64,000 nt of DNA, from the NCBI RefSeq assembly GCF_013214165.1, contig NZ_JABSSM010000023.1, positions 3,609-67,608 of the forward strand, read 5' to 3'. Positions 37,565-48,334 of the stretch are shown here, piece by piece. Under the pieces are notes generated by a model that saw nothing but the letters and a program-made list of their open reading frames with translations, had not been told where the DNA came from and did no database searches. A program made the translations under genes and the position numbers. Each line of letters starts with the position of its first letter. Position 1 is the stretch's first letter. The stretch is from Shewanella sp. (GTDB lineage: Bacteria > Pseudomonadota > Gammaproteobacteria > Enterobacterales > Shewanellaceae).

Positions 37565-38854
37565 TTAATCATTGTCAGGTTCTGCTCTCTCATGGTCTTG
37601 CTCAGGAGAGAGCACCCAAGATTCTCCCTCGGTTCGCGCAATGATCACGGTGCCGCAGGCGTCGCTATACACATTGACCGCGGTTCGCATCATATCCAAG
37701 ACCCTATCGGTAACCAAGAGTAAGCCTATTGCCTCTAGTGGCAGGCCTATGGCGGTTAAAATCACGGTTATGGCCACTAAGCTTGCCGCTGGGATCCCAG
37801 CGACTCCAATAGACGTTAATAGCGCCACTAGGACTATGGTGAACTGGGTGACGAATCCCAATTCCAGACCATAGGCCTGAGCAATAAACATGGCTGCGAC
37901 GCACTCATACAAAGCGGTACCATCCATATTCACGGTTGCCCCTAAGGGCAGCACGAAACTGGCAGTCTTATGTGATACTCCGGCGCGCTTTTTCACGCAC
38001 TCCATAGTCAGAGGCAGGGTGGCAGATGATGAAGCGGTAGAAAATGCCATCAAGATGGCTGGCGACATCACAGATAATTGCTTGAGCGGACTCACGCCCC
38101 CTACGAATTTAAGCAAGAGTGGTAAAGCCACAAATGCATGTAACGCTAATGCCGTTATCACAGTCAACAGAAAAACTAACATAGGAGCGAAGGCATCGAA
38201 GCCTGTGCCACTCACGGTTTTAGCGATTAATGCAAAAATACCGATAGGGGCAAACTTGAGGACAAATTGAGTGATAAGTACCATGGTCTTAGACACGCCC
38301 TTGAAAAAGTCTCGTAGCACCTCTCCCCTGCGCCCTTCCACACGCCCCATGAAGAAGCCAAACAGCAAGCTAAAGAATATCAGTCCCAACATCTGCCCTT
38401 CTGCCGCCGCAGCAACTATGTTGGTCGGGATCATGCGGATAAAAATCTCAATCAGATCTTTACTGCCTCGGCCTTCGACCTTCATCATGGTCGACTCGAG
38501 TTCGGCGCTATCGGCGTGCAGGTTTAATAACTCGCCCGCCGGCGCACCATGAATAATGCCAGGGCTAGTGATATTCACCACCGTGAGTCCAATCAAGATG
38601 GCAATGAGGCTCGTGGTGGCGTAATAGCCCAAGGTCTTAAGCCCTAAACGGCCCAAGTTGTCTCCCTGATTAAGGCTAGCCATGCTGGAGATAATCGATG
38701 CCACGATTAGCGGCACTATCACCATCTTCAGCGCATTAAGAAACAGGGTGCCGAAAAAGACATAGACTTGGTAAATATGACTATTGGGGGGCGTGATCAA
38801 GCCGACAAAAATGGCTACAACAATCGCTATCATTATCTGCCAATGAAGTTTCAT
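37565..38854 (-). CDS. Dicarboxylate/amino acid:cation symporter (DAACS, GltP-like)
   Basis: AFSTASSSATLP, GATVNMDGTALY, DMMRTAVNV. Confidence 0.93.
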   Translation of the reverse strand: MKLHWQIMIAIVVAIFVGLITPPNSHIYQVYVFFGTLFLNALKMVIVPLIVASIISSMASLNQGDNLGRLGLKTLGYYATTSLIAILIGLTVVNITSPGIIHGAPAGELLNLHADSAELESTMMKVEGRGSKDLIEIFIRMIPTNIVAAAAEGQMLGLIFFSLLFGFFMGRVEGRRGEVLRDFFKGVSKTMVLITQFVLKFAPIGIFALIAKTVSGTGFDAFAPMLVFLLTVITALALHAFVALPLLLKFVGGVSPLKQLSVMSPAILMAFSTASSSATLPLTMECVKKRAGVSHKTASFVLPLGATVNMDGTALYECVAAMFIAQAYGLELGFVTQFTIVLVALLTSIGVAGIPAASLVAITVILTAIGLPLEAIGLLLVTDRVLDMMRTAVNVYSDACGTVIIARTEGESWVLSPEQDHERAEPDND

Positions 38855-39193
38855 CAGTCACACCTCAACAAATAAACAGGTAATTCCACTACAAATACTA
38901 GTAAAATATAGAGAAACTATCTTAATAACGCGGTAAATAAGTGTCCAAACCTGACAACCAGTCACTTTGTTTCTGAAAAGTTAATTTACCCCACCCCGTG
39001 TACGAGTCTCGTGCTCAAGACGTTATTACCAGTGGCTCACTGAGTTATAGCCTTAAGTAAAACAGGTTAAAGTTCACCCTAATCACCATGATAGGGCTTG
39101 TTAGCACCTTGTATATGACGGAGTATTTTCAGTACTAATAAAGGACTAATGCTCTATGGAAGGAGTTATCATTATTAATTAAGGTGCAGACTC

Positions 39194-40447
39194 ATGTTCA
39201 AATCTCTATCATCCCGCATATTTGTCGGCTTATTTGCCGGTCTAATATTAGGTACAATCATTCAATATGGCTTTGCTAGCACTAGCTTTGCCAATACCAC
39301 TCTGGTCGATATCGCATCAGGTGCCGGCAGCATGTTCGTCCAGCTCATCATGATGCTGGTTGTCCCACTGGTGTTTTTCAGTATCGTTACCGGTATTGCC
39401 GAACTTCGCGATCTCAAATCATTCGGCCGTTTGGGCAGTAAAACTTTCGCCCTATATCTTGCCAATACCGCAGTCGCCATCATAGTCGCTATTGGTCTAT
39501 CCATGTGGATCGCACCGGGTACAGGCATGCAACTGGTAGGCGATCAAAATGCCAGCCTGACCTCGACTGAGCTTCCGGGCTTTATCGACATGATAGTGAA
39601 CATCATCCCCAGCAATCCAATCCATGCCTTCGCTACGGGTAACATGCTGCAGATCATCTTTATGGCGTTACTCACTGGCGGTATCATCAAGGCCCTAGGT
39701 GAAGATGTTAAGCCTGTGGTTGCCTTCTTCCAACTAGGCAACAAGATCATGCTTAAGATGATCACCGTGGTGATGAGCATAGCGCCAATCGGTGTATTCG
39801 CCCTCATGGTTAAACTCGGTGCGACCTTCGAGCCAGAAGCCTTCCTGAGCGTATTGAGCTATATGGCTGTTATTGTCGGTCTACTGGCATTTTGGGCTCT
39901 CGTGGTATACCCGGTGGTTATCGGCATGACCACAGATATATCAGCATCTGATTTTCGCCGTAAGACGCGTGAGCAGTTCCTGTTCGCACTCTCTACTGCC
40001 AGCTCAAATGCGACCATCCCGGTCACCATGCGTACCCTGACAGATAAACTGGGTGTGAAGCGTAGCGTGGCAGGTTTTGGTGTACCTATGGGCGCAACCA
40101 TGAACATGAGTGGTGCGGCCATCTATATCACAGTCGCAGCCTTCTTCGTCGGTAACGCCTTCGGTACCCCCATCACCATGGAACAAATCCCCGTATTAGC
40201 CTTCAGTGTGTTCCTGCTTTCTGTCGGTGCTGGTGGCGTTCCTGGTGGCGGTATTGTGATGATTGGCGTGCTCATTCACCAGATGGGTCTGCCAGTTGAA
40301 GCGATCGCTCTGGTTGCAGCCCTTGACCGTGTTATCGACATGTTCTGTACCAGTACTAACGTAGTGGGTGACTCGGCGGTAGTGACTATGGTCGATCACA
40401 GTGAAAAATTAGAAGAAGCTAAGTTAAACGAGTCTGTTAAGACTTAA
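39194..40447 (+). CDS. Dicarboxylate/amino acid:cation symporter (DAACS)
   Basis: LSTASSNATIP, GATMNMSGAAIY, DMFCTSTNV. Confidence 0.93.
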   Translation: MFKSLSSRIFVGLFAGLILGTIIQYGFASTSFANTTLVDIASGAGSMFVQLIMMLVVPLVFFSIVTGIAELRDLKSFGRLGSKTFALYLANTAVAIIVAIGLSMWIAPGTGMQLVGDQNASLTSTELPGFIDMIVNIIPSNPIHAFATGNMLQIIFMALLTGGIIKALGEDVKPVVAFFQLGNKIMLKMITVVMSIAPIGVFALMVKLGATFEPEAFLSVLSYMAVIVGLLAFWALVVYPVVIGMTTDISASDFRRKTREQFLFALSTASSNATIPVTMRTLTDKLGVKRSVAGFGVPMGATMNMSGAAIYITVAAFFVGNAFGTPITMEQIPVLAFSVFLLSVGAGGVPGGGIVMIGVLIHQMGLPVEAIALVAALDRVIDMFCTSTNVVGDSAVVTMVDHSEKLEEAKLNESVKT

Positions 40448-40466
40448 GCGATAAGCTAAGAATAAC

Positions 40467-40492
40467 AAAGGCGCCATTTGGCGCCTTTTTTT
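40467..40492 (+). terminator. Intrinsic terminator
   Basis: AAAGGCGCCA-TT-TGGCGCCTTT + T-tract. Confidence 0.85.
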
Positions 40493-40554
40493 ATGCCCAG
40501 TCTGTTACAAGGGCGTCCCAGAGTTAGGGGGTAATCACACTGTTAGCCATCGCA

Positions 40555-41010
40555 CTAAGCGGGTTTATGATACTTGGTGATAAACCTATCGAGTTGATTG
40601 GCAAATGCCTGGCGATCGCTCTGACCCAAGGCTGCCGGCCCGCCGGTTTGTACACCACTGGCTCGCATGGTATCCATAAAGTCTCGCATATTAAGAATAG
40701 CCTTAATATTTTGCTCGGTATAAAGCTCACCACGCGGGTTAAGCGCCACGCCGCCTTTATCGATCACCTCTGAGGCCAAGGGTATATCGGCGGTGATGAC
40801 TAAATCGCCGGCATCGAGACGCTTTACTATCTCATCATCGGCCACATCGAAACCCGAAGACACGATCACCATCTTAATAAAACGCGACGGCGGAACACGC
40901 ATCGAATGATTCGCCACTAAGGTCACGTCCACCTTAGCCCTATCGGCCGCCCTAAACAGTGTCTCTTTTATCACGCCGGGACAAGCATCGGCATCAACCC
41001 AAATTTTCAT
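40555..41010 (-). CDS. yaiI: YaiI/YqxD family protein (DUF188)
   Basis: [29 protein letters not shown]. Confidence 0.92.
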   Translation of the reverse strand: MKIWVDADACPGVIKETLFRAADRAKVDVTLVANHSMRVPPSRFIKMVIVSSGFDVADDEIVKRLDAGDLVITADIPLASEVIDKGGVALNPRGELYTEQNIKAILNMRDFMDTMRASGVQTGGPAALGQSDRQAFANQLDRFITKYHKPA

Positions 41011-41208
41011 ATTTTCCCAATTACTGTTATCAAACCCATCGAGTCTAGCGATTTAATATTAACGCACTATCTGCATACCAAGATACAAGCAAATATTATA
41101 TAGCCGAAATTGAGTGAACATTTACCATAAAGATGAGATGAGTCGAATGATTAAAATAGATCTGCGATCTGGTTTTGGCTTCACAGGCGCATAGGCTAAA
41201 AATTGACT

Positions 41209-41261
41209 GCACACAATAAAGCCGCCGTTATCTTGTCGATAAAGGCGGCTTTATTGTGTGC
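41209..41261. terminator. 18-bp inverted repeat downstream of phnA
   Basis: GCACACAATAAAGCCGCC-N17-GGCGGCTTTATTGTGTGC. Confidence 0.7.
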
Positions 41262-41284
41262 CAAACACTGGCTAAACAGTAGAA

Positions 41285-41863
41285 TTACTCTTCGCTTAGC
41301 GGTACTTTCTTAACGAAGCAAGTCAGGATAACGATACGAGTACCGTTAACGCGGCCTTCGATGTGCTCTGGATTATTTGTCAGCGAGATGCCACGCACCG
41401 TGGTACCACGTTTAGCGGTAAAGGTGGTGCCTTTCACGTTAAGATCTTTAATGATCACCACGTTATCACCGGCTTCGATAATGGCGCCGTTGCTGTCTCT
41501 ATGAGGGACAAAATCGTCATCAACCTCTTCGATGCCAGCGTCACCCCATGCCTGCATGTCATCATCAAGATAGAGCATGTCCAGTAGATCGCGTGCCCAT
41601 GCTTCTTGGCTAATTTTCTTAAGCATACGATAAGCCATCACCTGAACGGCTGGAACCTGGCTCCACATGCTGTCATTGAGACAACGCCAGTGGTTCATGT
41701 CTATGGTGCTAGGATCTTGAATTTGACCAGTACAAGTATCACAGATCATGATACGCGCATCGCCATATCCTTTTGAGTCTGGAAGCTCATAGGAGGCTAA
41801 CTCTGATCCGCTACCACACAGTTCACACTTGCTGTCGCAACGCTTTAATAGTTCTCTCGTCAT
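41285..41863 (-). CDS. phnA: PhnA domain / zinc-ribbon protein
   Basis: CELC...CDTC; C-terminal DSNG..I..GD.V..IKDL.VKG....AKRGT. Confidence 0.85.
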   Translation of the reverse strand: MTRELLKRCDSKCELCGSGSELASYELPDSKGYGDARIMICDTCTGQIQDPSTIDMNHWRCLNDSMWSQVPAVQVMAYRMLKKISQEAWARDLLDMLYLDDDMQAWGDAGIEEVDDDFVPHRDSNGAIIEAGDNVVIIKDLNVKGTTFTAKRGTTVRGISLTNNPEHIEGRVNGTRIVILTCFVKKVPLSEE

Positions 41864-42077
41864 CTCGATCTCTTCAATCTAACATCTACACAATATTTGG
41901 CGGCACTATAGCACAGAGTCCTAAAGTGAAACAGCGAGTGAGGCCTAAGCTAAGAGCTAGCTCATGTGTCAGTGTTAAGATCCATGACCTATCGACACTC
42001 CCCCTAGGTGATAAGATCGAAAACGCAGCCAGTTGGCTGCGTAGATAAAAGGATGAGCAGATATTGTTGGTGTCAGG

Positions 42078-42512
<435 letters not shown>

Positions 42513-43216
42513 TTATGTGGGGGCATTTTCGGCAGGATGTTAGACAAGAGGTTTAGATAGTGGTTTAGATAGTGGCGTAGACAAGCGCTTATTCATCCAG
42601 GCTAATTAAGCTAAACGGGTTCCGCTTATCCAAAACAGGGGGAGAAACAGGCCTAACTCATTCCCCTAGCTCCAAGAGCTCGCTGCGATAAATATCAACC
42701 GAACCATAGGTAGCTATGCCAATGCGATGTTCAGCATAAACATCAATCTCAATATCTTCAAGTCGCTGGCCATTTGCATCATAGATATAGGTGATCGTGA
42801 TGAATTAGGCTTTCTGGTGAGCATGAACATAGCACCTCCTTGTCTGGATATCGCTCCCTGAGCGCGATACCCATTAGGTTTAGCAATGAAGTGAACTTTT
42901 AGCAAACTAACCCAAAGACAGTGATACGACTAGCCCCAACGCTTGTACCTAGGCTAGTCATCTAAGGGGCGGGTTAAGCATGTGCCGCTAATCTTACTTT
43001 CATTGCACTGCGATATACGATGAGTCTAGACAGGAAAAAACCACTAAAACAGCCGTAAACCAAAGAGACACAGGTAATAAATGCGACTTGTTCTACCACC
43101 TCTTGATGGGTCGCTAACAACACATTCAGCACATTCGCTTAGACTCGATTATACGATAAGATCTGCCCTGCTTTCTCAGGTACCTGCAACCTGTTGAAAC
43201 TTGATAGCCTAAAAGC

Positions 43217-43248
43217 AAAAAAGCCATCAGTATGATGGCTTTCTTTTT
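43217..43248. terminator. Intrinsic terminator downstream of hpf and its duplicated tail
   Basis: AAAGCCATCA-GTA-TGATGGCTTT with A/T tracts on both sides. Confidence 0.8.
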
Positions 43249-43268
43249 ACCTACTGTCTTAGAGTGAG

Positions 43269-43336
43269 CCTTAAACCAGCTTCATCTGTTGAACTATTTC
43301 CTGGGCGATTTCTGCAGTATTGTTGCTCACCGCCTT
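43269..43336 (-). repeat. Diverged in-frame duplicate of the hpf 3' end
   Basis: Encodes KAVSNNTAEIAQEIVQQMKLV* versus gene KPVSTTPEIAHEIVQEMKLV*; stops 81 nt apart. Confidence 0.92.
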
Positions 43337-43351
43337 GCGCCAAAATAGTCC

Positions 43352-43708
43352 TTAAACCAGCTTCATCTCTTGAACTATTTCGTGGGCGATTTCTGGCGTA
43401 GTGCTCACCGGCTTCTCATGCTTATCCGCTTTTAGCTGCCCCTTACGGTGCTTGAGCGCTGCCTCGAGCTTCTTCTTGGCAATCGCAATAGCCGGATACA
43501 TGACATCGTTTGACCCAGATGCAGAGATTCGACTACCTTCATAATTAGTGCGCAACTCAACCTGATACTCGCCATGATCTTTAGAGATGGTGACATCTAA
43601 CGAGATGAGTGTCGGGAAATGAGTGGCTATCTTGGAAAACTTTTCGTTCAAATGCTCTTTGATTGAATCTTTAACATCTACGTGGTGACCTGAAAGATTT
43701 ATTTTCAT
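43352..43708 (-). CDS. hpf: Ribosome hibernation promoting factor (HPF/RaiA family)
   Basis: MKINLSGHHVDV, DVMYPAI...KKLEAAL. Confidence 0.88.
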   Translation of the reverse strand: MKINLSGHHVDVKDSIKEHLNEKFSKIATHFPTLISLDVTISKDHGEYQVELRTNYEGSRISASGSNDVMYPAIAIAKKKLEAALKHRKGQLKADKHEKPVSTTPEIAHEIVQEMKLV

Positions 43709-44364
43709 AGGTTTTCCTTTTAAGAATTACTTCTAATAATAGAACTGGGGTCTGAGCTTGAAAATCTCAAGGGCTAACATAAAATTAATTTATTTTTTTA
43801 CGCTAGCAAGTCATTACAACCTAGATTAATAGAGTATTTTCATACTCATACAGAACTAACAGTCCTATATCCATCCTAACTATTACCATTGCAGAAAGTG
43901 AACGTTTAAAGATGAAAGTGCCAATGGGCAGATATGACAACGCACCTTTGATGCATTCTTGTCACACATAATCAATCACCAAAACAGTTCCAAACCCGCT
44001 GCCTTAATATTTACTCCTGATGCGAAACAAATGCAAGCCTAGGTTATATTCAATGTCTAAAATAAACACAAAACTAAGATAAACGTCATAAAACCGGACA
44101 AAATGTTGATATTTCCGCCACCGAAAGACTGATAATTAACCAGCTAAAATTAAGCATAAACCATACTCGCTCTATCTGATGATTAATTTTTATTCACACC
44201 GAATCTTTTCTCATCTTACTGCAAAATGAGAAGCCGTTGTCACTCTGTAAATTTACATGTAAATGAGAATGAAAACAGTTACCAGATTTACACTCCTGAT
44301 GTAAAATCGTGCCCACCATTTTGCTCTACCTGTTTTATAGCAGGTTAAAACGGATAGCCAAACA

Positions 44365-44682
44365 GTGACTCACTCTCACGTTACCAAGTTAACCTTCATA
44401 GAAAAAGTTAGTTTATATCGCCCCAAACATGGCGCACTTATGACCAGAATATCGGCAGCGATATTTGGCGGTTATCTGGTTGCAGCCAATGTATGTGGAT
44501 TTATTGCAGCCTTACTGCCACTTCCAGCTGTCGATGCTACCTTAGTGGCGACCATGCTTTCATTCGCCATCTACGCTGTCAGTGCGATTCGTAGCTTTAG
44601 TTTACAGTCGCCAATGCGTGCCTGGTCAGAGATTTTAATCGTGAGTGCCTGCCTATACGCAGCCACTCAAATGATGACCTAA
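44365..44682 (+). CDS. DUF3649-like small membrane protein (start probably at MTRISAAIFGGY)
   Basis: RISAAIFGGY, TMLSFAIY; precedes PepSY gene. Confidence 0.75.
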   Translation: MTHSHVTKLTFIEKVSLYRPKHGALMTRISAAIFGGYLVAANVCGFIAALLPLPAVDATLVATMLSFAIYAVSAIRSFSLQSPMRAWSEILIVSACLYAATQMMT

Positions 44683-44720
44683 CAGCTGTAACAGGCTTAT
44701 TTCCGTTTTTAGGTAACCTA

Positions 44721-46382
44721 ATGAAAGATTCTTTTTTTCGCTCAATGACCTGGCTCCATACCTGGGTCGGCCTACTCGTTTGCTGGATACTGCTCGTCGT
44801 CTTTTTTGCTGGCAGCATGAGTTATTTCCGTCACGAGATATCATTGTGGACCAAACCTGAATTACATTCTGGTACATTCCAACATTATCAAGCTAATGAG
44901 CTTGGCAAACAGTTAGCGTCGGCACAGACATTCTTACACGAACAGACCGATAATGCTCAGGACTGGCGTATCTACCTGCCAACTGAGCGCAGACCTTATC
45001 TTAGCTATGGCTGGCAAGATCAACCTGAAGCCGGACAGCGCCGCGGTAAGTTTCATAAAATGGTCGTTAAAGCAGATAGTGGCGAGATGCTCAGTGAAGT
45101 ACGGGAATCTAAAGGCGGTAATTTTTTCTACCGATTACACTTCGACCTGCATTATATACCGGCCCATTTTGCCCGTTGGATAGTGGGATTTTGCACCATG
45201 TTTATGTTGGTCGCCTTAATCAGCGGTATAGTGATCCACAAACGAATATTTAAAGACTTCTTCAGTTTCAGACCTAATAAGGGCAGCCGCTCCTGGCTTG
45301 ATGCCCACAATGTCAGCTCTGTGATGGCACTGCCCTACCACCTGATGATCACCTATACGGGCCTCATCACCTTGATGTTTATGTACATGCCTTGGGCGGT
45401 AGTCACTAATTACGACGGTGATAACCGGGCCTTTCGCGCTGAGTTAGCCCCATCTAAGGTACAAACAAAGCCCAGTGGCCAAGATGCTAATCTTATTTCT
45501 GCGGCTAGCTTATTGCCACAAGTAACGCGTCATTGGGGAGACGCCCCGATTAAACGAGTGATCATTGCTGCGCCACATGACAGCAATAGCCGTATCAGCT
45601 TCTATCGCAACAGTGAACAAGAGGTCACCGACAAACCTACTCAAATTGTATTTAGCGGCGTGACAGGTGAGCTAATAACCATGTCACCTTCGGAAGAGTC
45701 TGCGACTCATGCGACTTACGACACCTTAATGTCATTGCATACGGCGCGTTTTGCAGGCGCTATTTTACGTGGGTTCTTCTTTATCTGCGGTCTGATGGGC
45801 TGCGTCATGATAGCTAGCGGCGCACTGCTTTGGGCGGTAAAGATACGCCAGAAGCAACAGAAGCAGCTAAGTAAGGGCAAGACTGCGAGTCTTGGTCTGC
45901 GATTGGTAGAAGGGCTGAATCTGACGTTTATTGCAGGCTTGCCCTTAGCGACATCGGTTTTTTTCTACGCCAATCGTATGCTGCCGCTCGAGTTACAAGG
46001 TAGGGCACAATGGGAAGCCGATTGCTTCTTTATCACCTTAGGCTTAGTCGGGTTATTAGCCTGCCTTAATCGCAGCCTAAGCACTTGGCGACTGGTTTTG
46101 AGCCTTGGGGGACTAGGGTTAATTTCTCTACCTCTAGTCAACGCCTTAACTTCTCCGAGCCATATTATCGATAATATTGTCAGTGGACAGTGGGCCTTGG
46201 TGGGTTTCGATCTCTTATCTAGCTTGTTAGGCTTAGGTTTATTATTAACAGTCAAAAAGCTCAGTGCTTCGAGTCAACCTAAGTCTGCAGTCATCAATAA
46301 AAATACGGCGACCGGGTCTCGGCGACAAAACTTAGCGGGTGAAAATCCCCTTACGGCTAAAATGAAGGAAGAAGCCCTATGA
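44721..46382 (+). CDS. PepSY-associated TM helix domain protein
   Basis: SMTWLHTWVGL, FYRLHFDLHY, WLDAHNV, LHTARFA. Confidence 0.92.
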   Translation: MKDSFFRSMTWLHTWVGLLVCWILLVVFFAGSMSYFRHEISLWTKPELHSGTFQHYQANELGKQLASAQTFLHEQTDNAQDWRIYLPTERRPYLSYGWQDQPEAGQRRGKFHKMVVKADSGEMLSEVRESKGGNFFYRLHFDLHYIPAHFARWIVGFCTMFMLVALISGIVIHKRIFKDFFSFRPNKGSRSWLDAHNVSSVMALPYHLMITYTGLITLMFMYMPWAVVTNYDGDNRAFRAELAPSKVQTKPSGQDANLISAASLLPQVTRHWGDAPIKRVIIAAPHDSNSRISFYRNSEQEVTDKPTQIVFSGVTGELITMSPSEESATHATYDTLMSLHTARFAGAILRGFFFICGLMGCVMIASGALLWAVKIRQKQQKQLSKGKTASLGLRLVEGLNLTFIAGLPLATSVFFYANRMLPLELQGRAQWEADCFFITLGLVGLLACLNRSLSTWRLVLSLGGLGLISLPLVNALTSPSHIIDNIVSGQWALVGFDLLSSLLGLGLLLTVKKLSASSQPKSAVINKNTATGSRRQNLAGENPLTAKMKEEAL

Positions 46383-46717
46383 TCTCCAATCTAATGGTAT
46401 TGAGTATCTTGTGGATCAGCTATATCGCATTTGGCTGTTTAGCATTGGCCATGTTTTCAAATTTCAGAAGTACCTTCAAAAAAGCCCCGACGCCACTGCA
46501 GACTAGGGGCTTATACTGGTCCGGTTGGTCGATGCTTGCCTTAAGCTATTATTTGAGTGTGGCTAAACAAGGTATGCTTTATGGCAGTATATTCTTTACC
46601 GGTATGCTTGCTGTCGCTGGACTATTAGTGATTCTCACGCTGAGTTACCGCGCTAAGTCTTTACCGGTTTTTATGCTGTTTGGTTTAATCCCGAGCATGG
46701 GCTATTTGATCACTTAA
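46379..46717 (+). CDS. DUF3325-like membrane protein
   Basis: AFGCLALAM, GWSMLALS; follows PepSY gene. Confidence 0.75.
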   Translation: MISNLMVLSILWISYIAFGCLALAMFSNFRSTFKKAPTPLQTRGLYWSGWSMLALSYYLSVAKQGMLYGSIFFTGMLAVAGLLVILTLSYRAKSLPVFMLFGLIPSMGYLIT

Positions 46718-46806
46718 AAACTGAATGAAGAGATCAGACTTTATTCAGCCTAGGTACAGTTTTATTATTTTACTATTGGAGCTCATTAAAAATTGATGAG
46801 GTTGAT

Positions 46807-47274
46807 ATGCAAATTAATACGACGATCCAAGATGCCAGCAGCGTTGTAAAGCCAGTTGCTAATCAGGCAGCTGAGTCGACAAATAAAAACCAAGCCACGG
46901 CGACTCAACCTCAGGCCGAGTCTGAAAGCTCAGTCAAAATTTCAACACAGGCGATGGCACTTTCTCAGCAATCTCAAATGCACTCTACTGACACCATGAC
47001 TTCGGCAGGCACGCTACCCTCAGCTCCCGTTCAGGGTGATGTGACTGAGCAATATGTCGATTATCGCAAGGCTAAGGCGCAATATCAGATATATTCAGAT
47101 ATGGCTGGGGCAATGACGGGCAATAGCTCAGGTTTATCTCCGGTGACAGCACACTATGCCTCAAATAATGATGAGGCTCGTGAGGCCTTAGTCAACTCCA
47201 AGGCTCAGCAACATCAGATCTCGACCATGCAAATTTATGCCGAGACGACCCAGGGATTATACACCCAAGCCTAG
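46807..47274 (+). CDS. Hypothetical protein
   Basis: GAGG RBS, Gln/Ser/Thr-rich 155 aa. Confidence 0.7.
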   Translation: MQINTTIQDASSVVKPVANQAAESTNKNQATATQPQAESESSVKISTQAMALSQQSQMHSTDTMTSAGTLPSAPVQGDVTEQYVDYRKAKAQYQIYSDMAGAMTGNSSGLSPVTAHYASNNDEAREALVNSKAQQHQISTMQIYAETTQGLYTQA

Positions 47275-47449
47275 CTATCTCTGACTCTAGCCCTTACTTA
47301 AGGCCTAGGATTGGGCTCATTCAGGGTCAGTCTCTTGTGCAGCGGAACATCTTTACTTTCCCTTATGTCCTCCTCCCAGCTTTTACTCTTATGTTTTTCT
47401 TAATTTACTCCAGGCTTTTACTAAACAAAAAAATTTACTCACTGGACGA

Positions 47450-47995
47450 TCAAAACTCGTAGGATAGCGTTAGCACAGGCCCATGGAAACCATAATAAAT
47501 ACTTGTCGTCGAAGAATCACCTTCGATATCGATAACGCCACAATCCTCATTCAGGCATGCACCGACCTCCCCCTCGAAGCCTAGCTCTATCCACATCACG
47601 TGTAGGCCGACCGTAAGGATCAGATCCCATTGGTCATCTTTATAGAAGTCATAGCCATACCCAAGGCGGGCAATATCGACATTAAAGGTCGTGGTGATCT
47701 CGGCGCCAAATTGAATCGAATAAGTCTCGTCAATATCCGGATCGGGATGAGTAAACTCATAGGGCACTGTGATATTGGTATTGGTTGCATCACGATGCAG
47801 TGGTTTCCAATCAAAATAGATAACATGCCGAGCATTAAACCAATATGCAATTTCAATAAAAGGCAAAAACTCACTCTCTACCAGCTCTAGAACGGTCTCT
47901 AAATCCAGCTAAAATGTTTTGCCTGTTAATGGATTATTCACATCCATACCTGTGTCAGAATTGGAGTAAAAAACACCTGCTGCTATCTTGAAACG
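47450..47995 (-). pseudogene. Decayed outer-membrane beta-barrel gene
   Basis: Frame ...FKIAAGVFYSNSDTG...TF*LDLE...LPFIEIAYWF with in-frame TAG at 47911-47909; ends GPVLTLSYEF; appears internally shortened. Confidence 0.7.
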
Positions 47996-48334
47996 GCTAT
48001 CATCGGCTATGGCTAATAAATTATAGAAAATAATCATCAGTAAGCCACTTAAATCAAGGGTTTTGAGTAAAATCACGCTAGGAGCTAGCTGTCAGGAAAC
48101 ACACCCAGATTGGGAGAGACAAAAGAAAAACGGAAGCTATCAGCCTGGGAACTGCTTGGCTGATAGCTTCCTAAAAATTTCGGCCTTGGTGAGAGAGCCG
48201 AAACAGACATAGGGTATGCCTGACACAAACAAAAACTCTTGGATAAGCATTAATATGCATTACCAATATATCTTTAACCAGTTAATTTTATTTAATAAAT
48301 CCTTATTCATTTTAACTCTTAGTGACTGACTTAG

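Noticed and set aside
42660-42905. ORF 42714-42905 and neighbouring frames that may join into a frameshifted small gene
   Set aside because: No recognisable family; evidence too weak to call a CDS or pseudogene
43269-43414. DGR-like TR/VR pair at hpf
   Set aside because: Differences are mostly G/C changes plus an indel, not A-to-N
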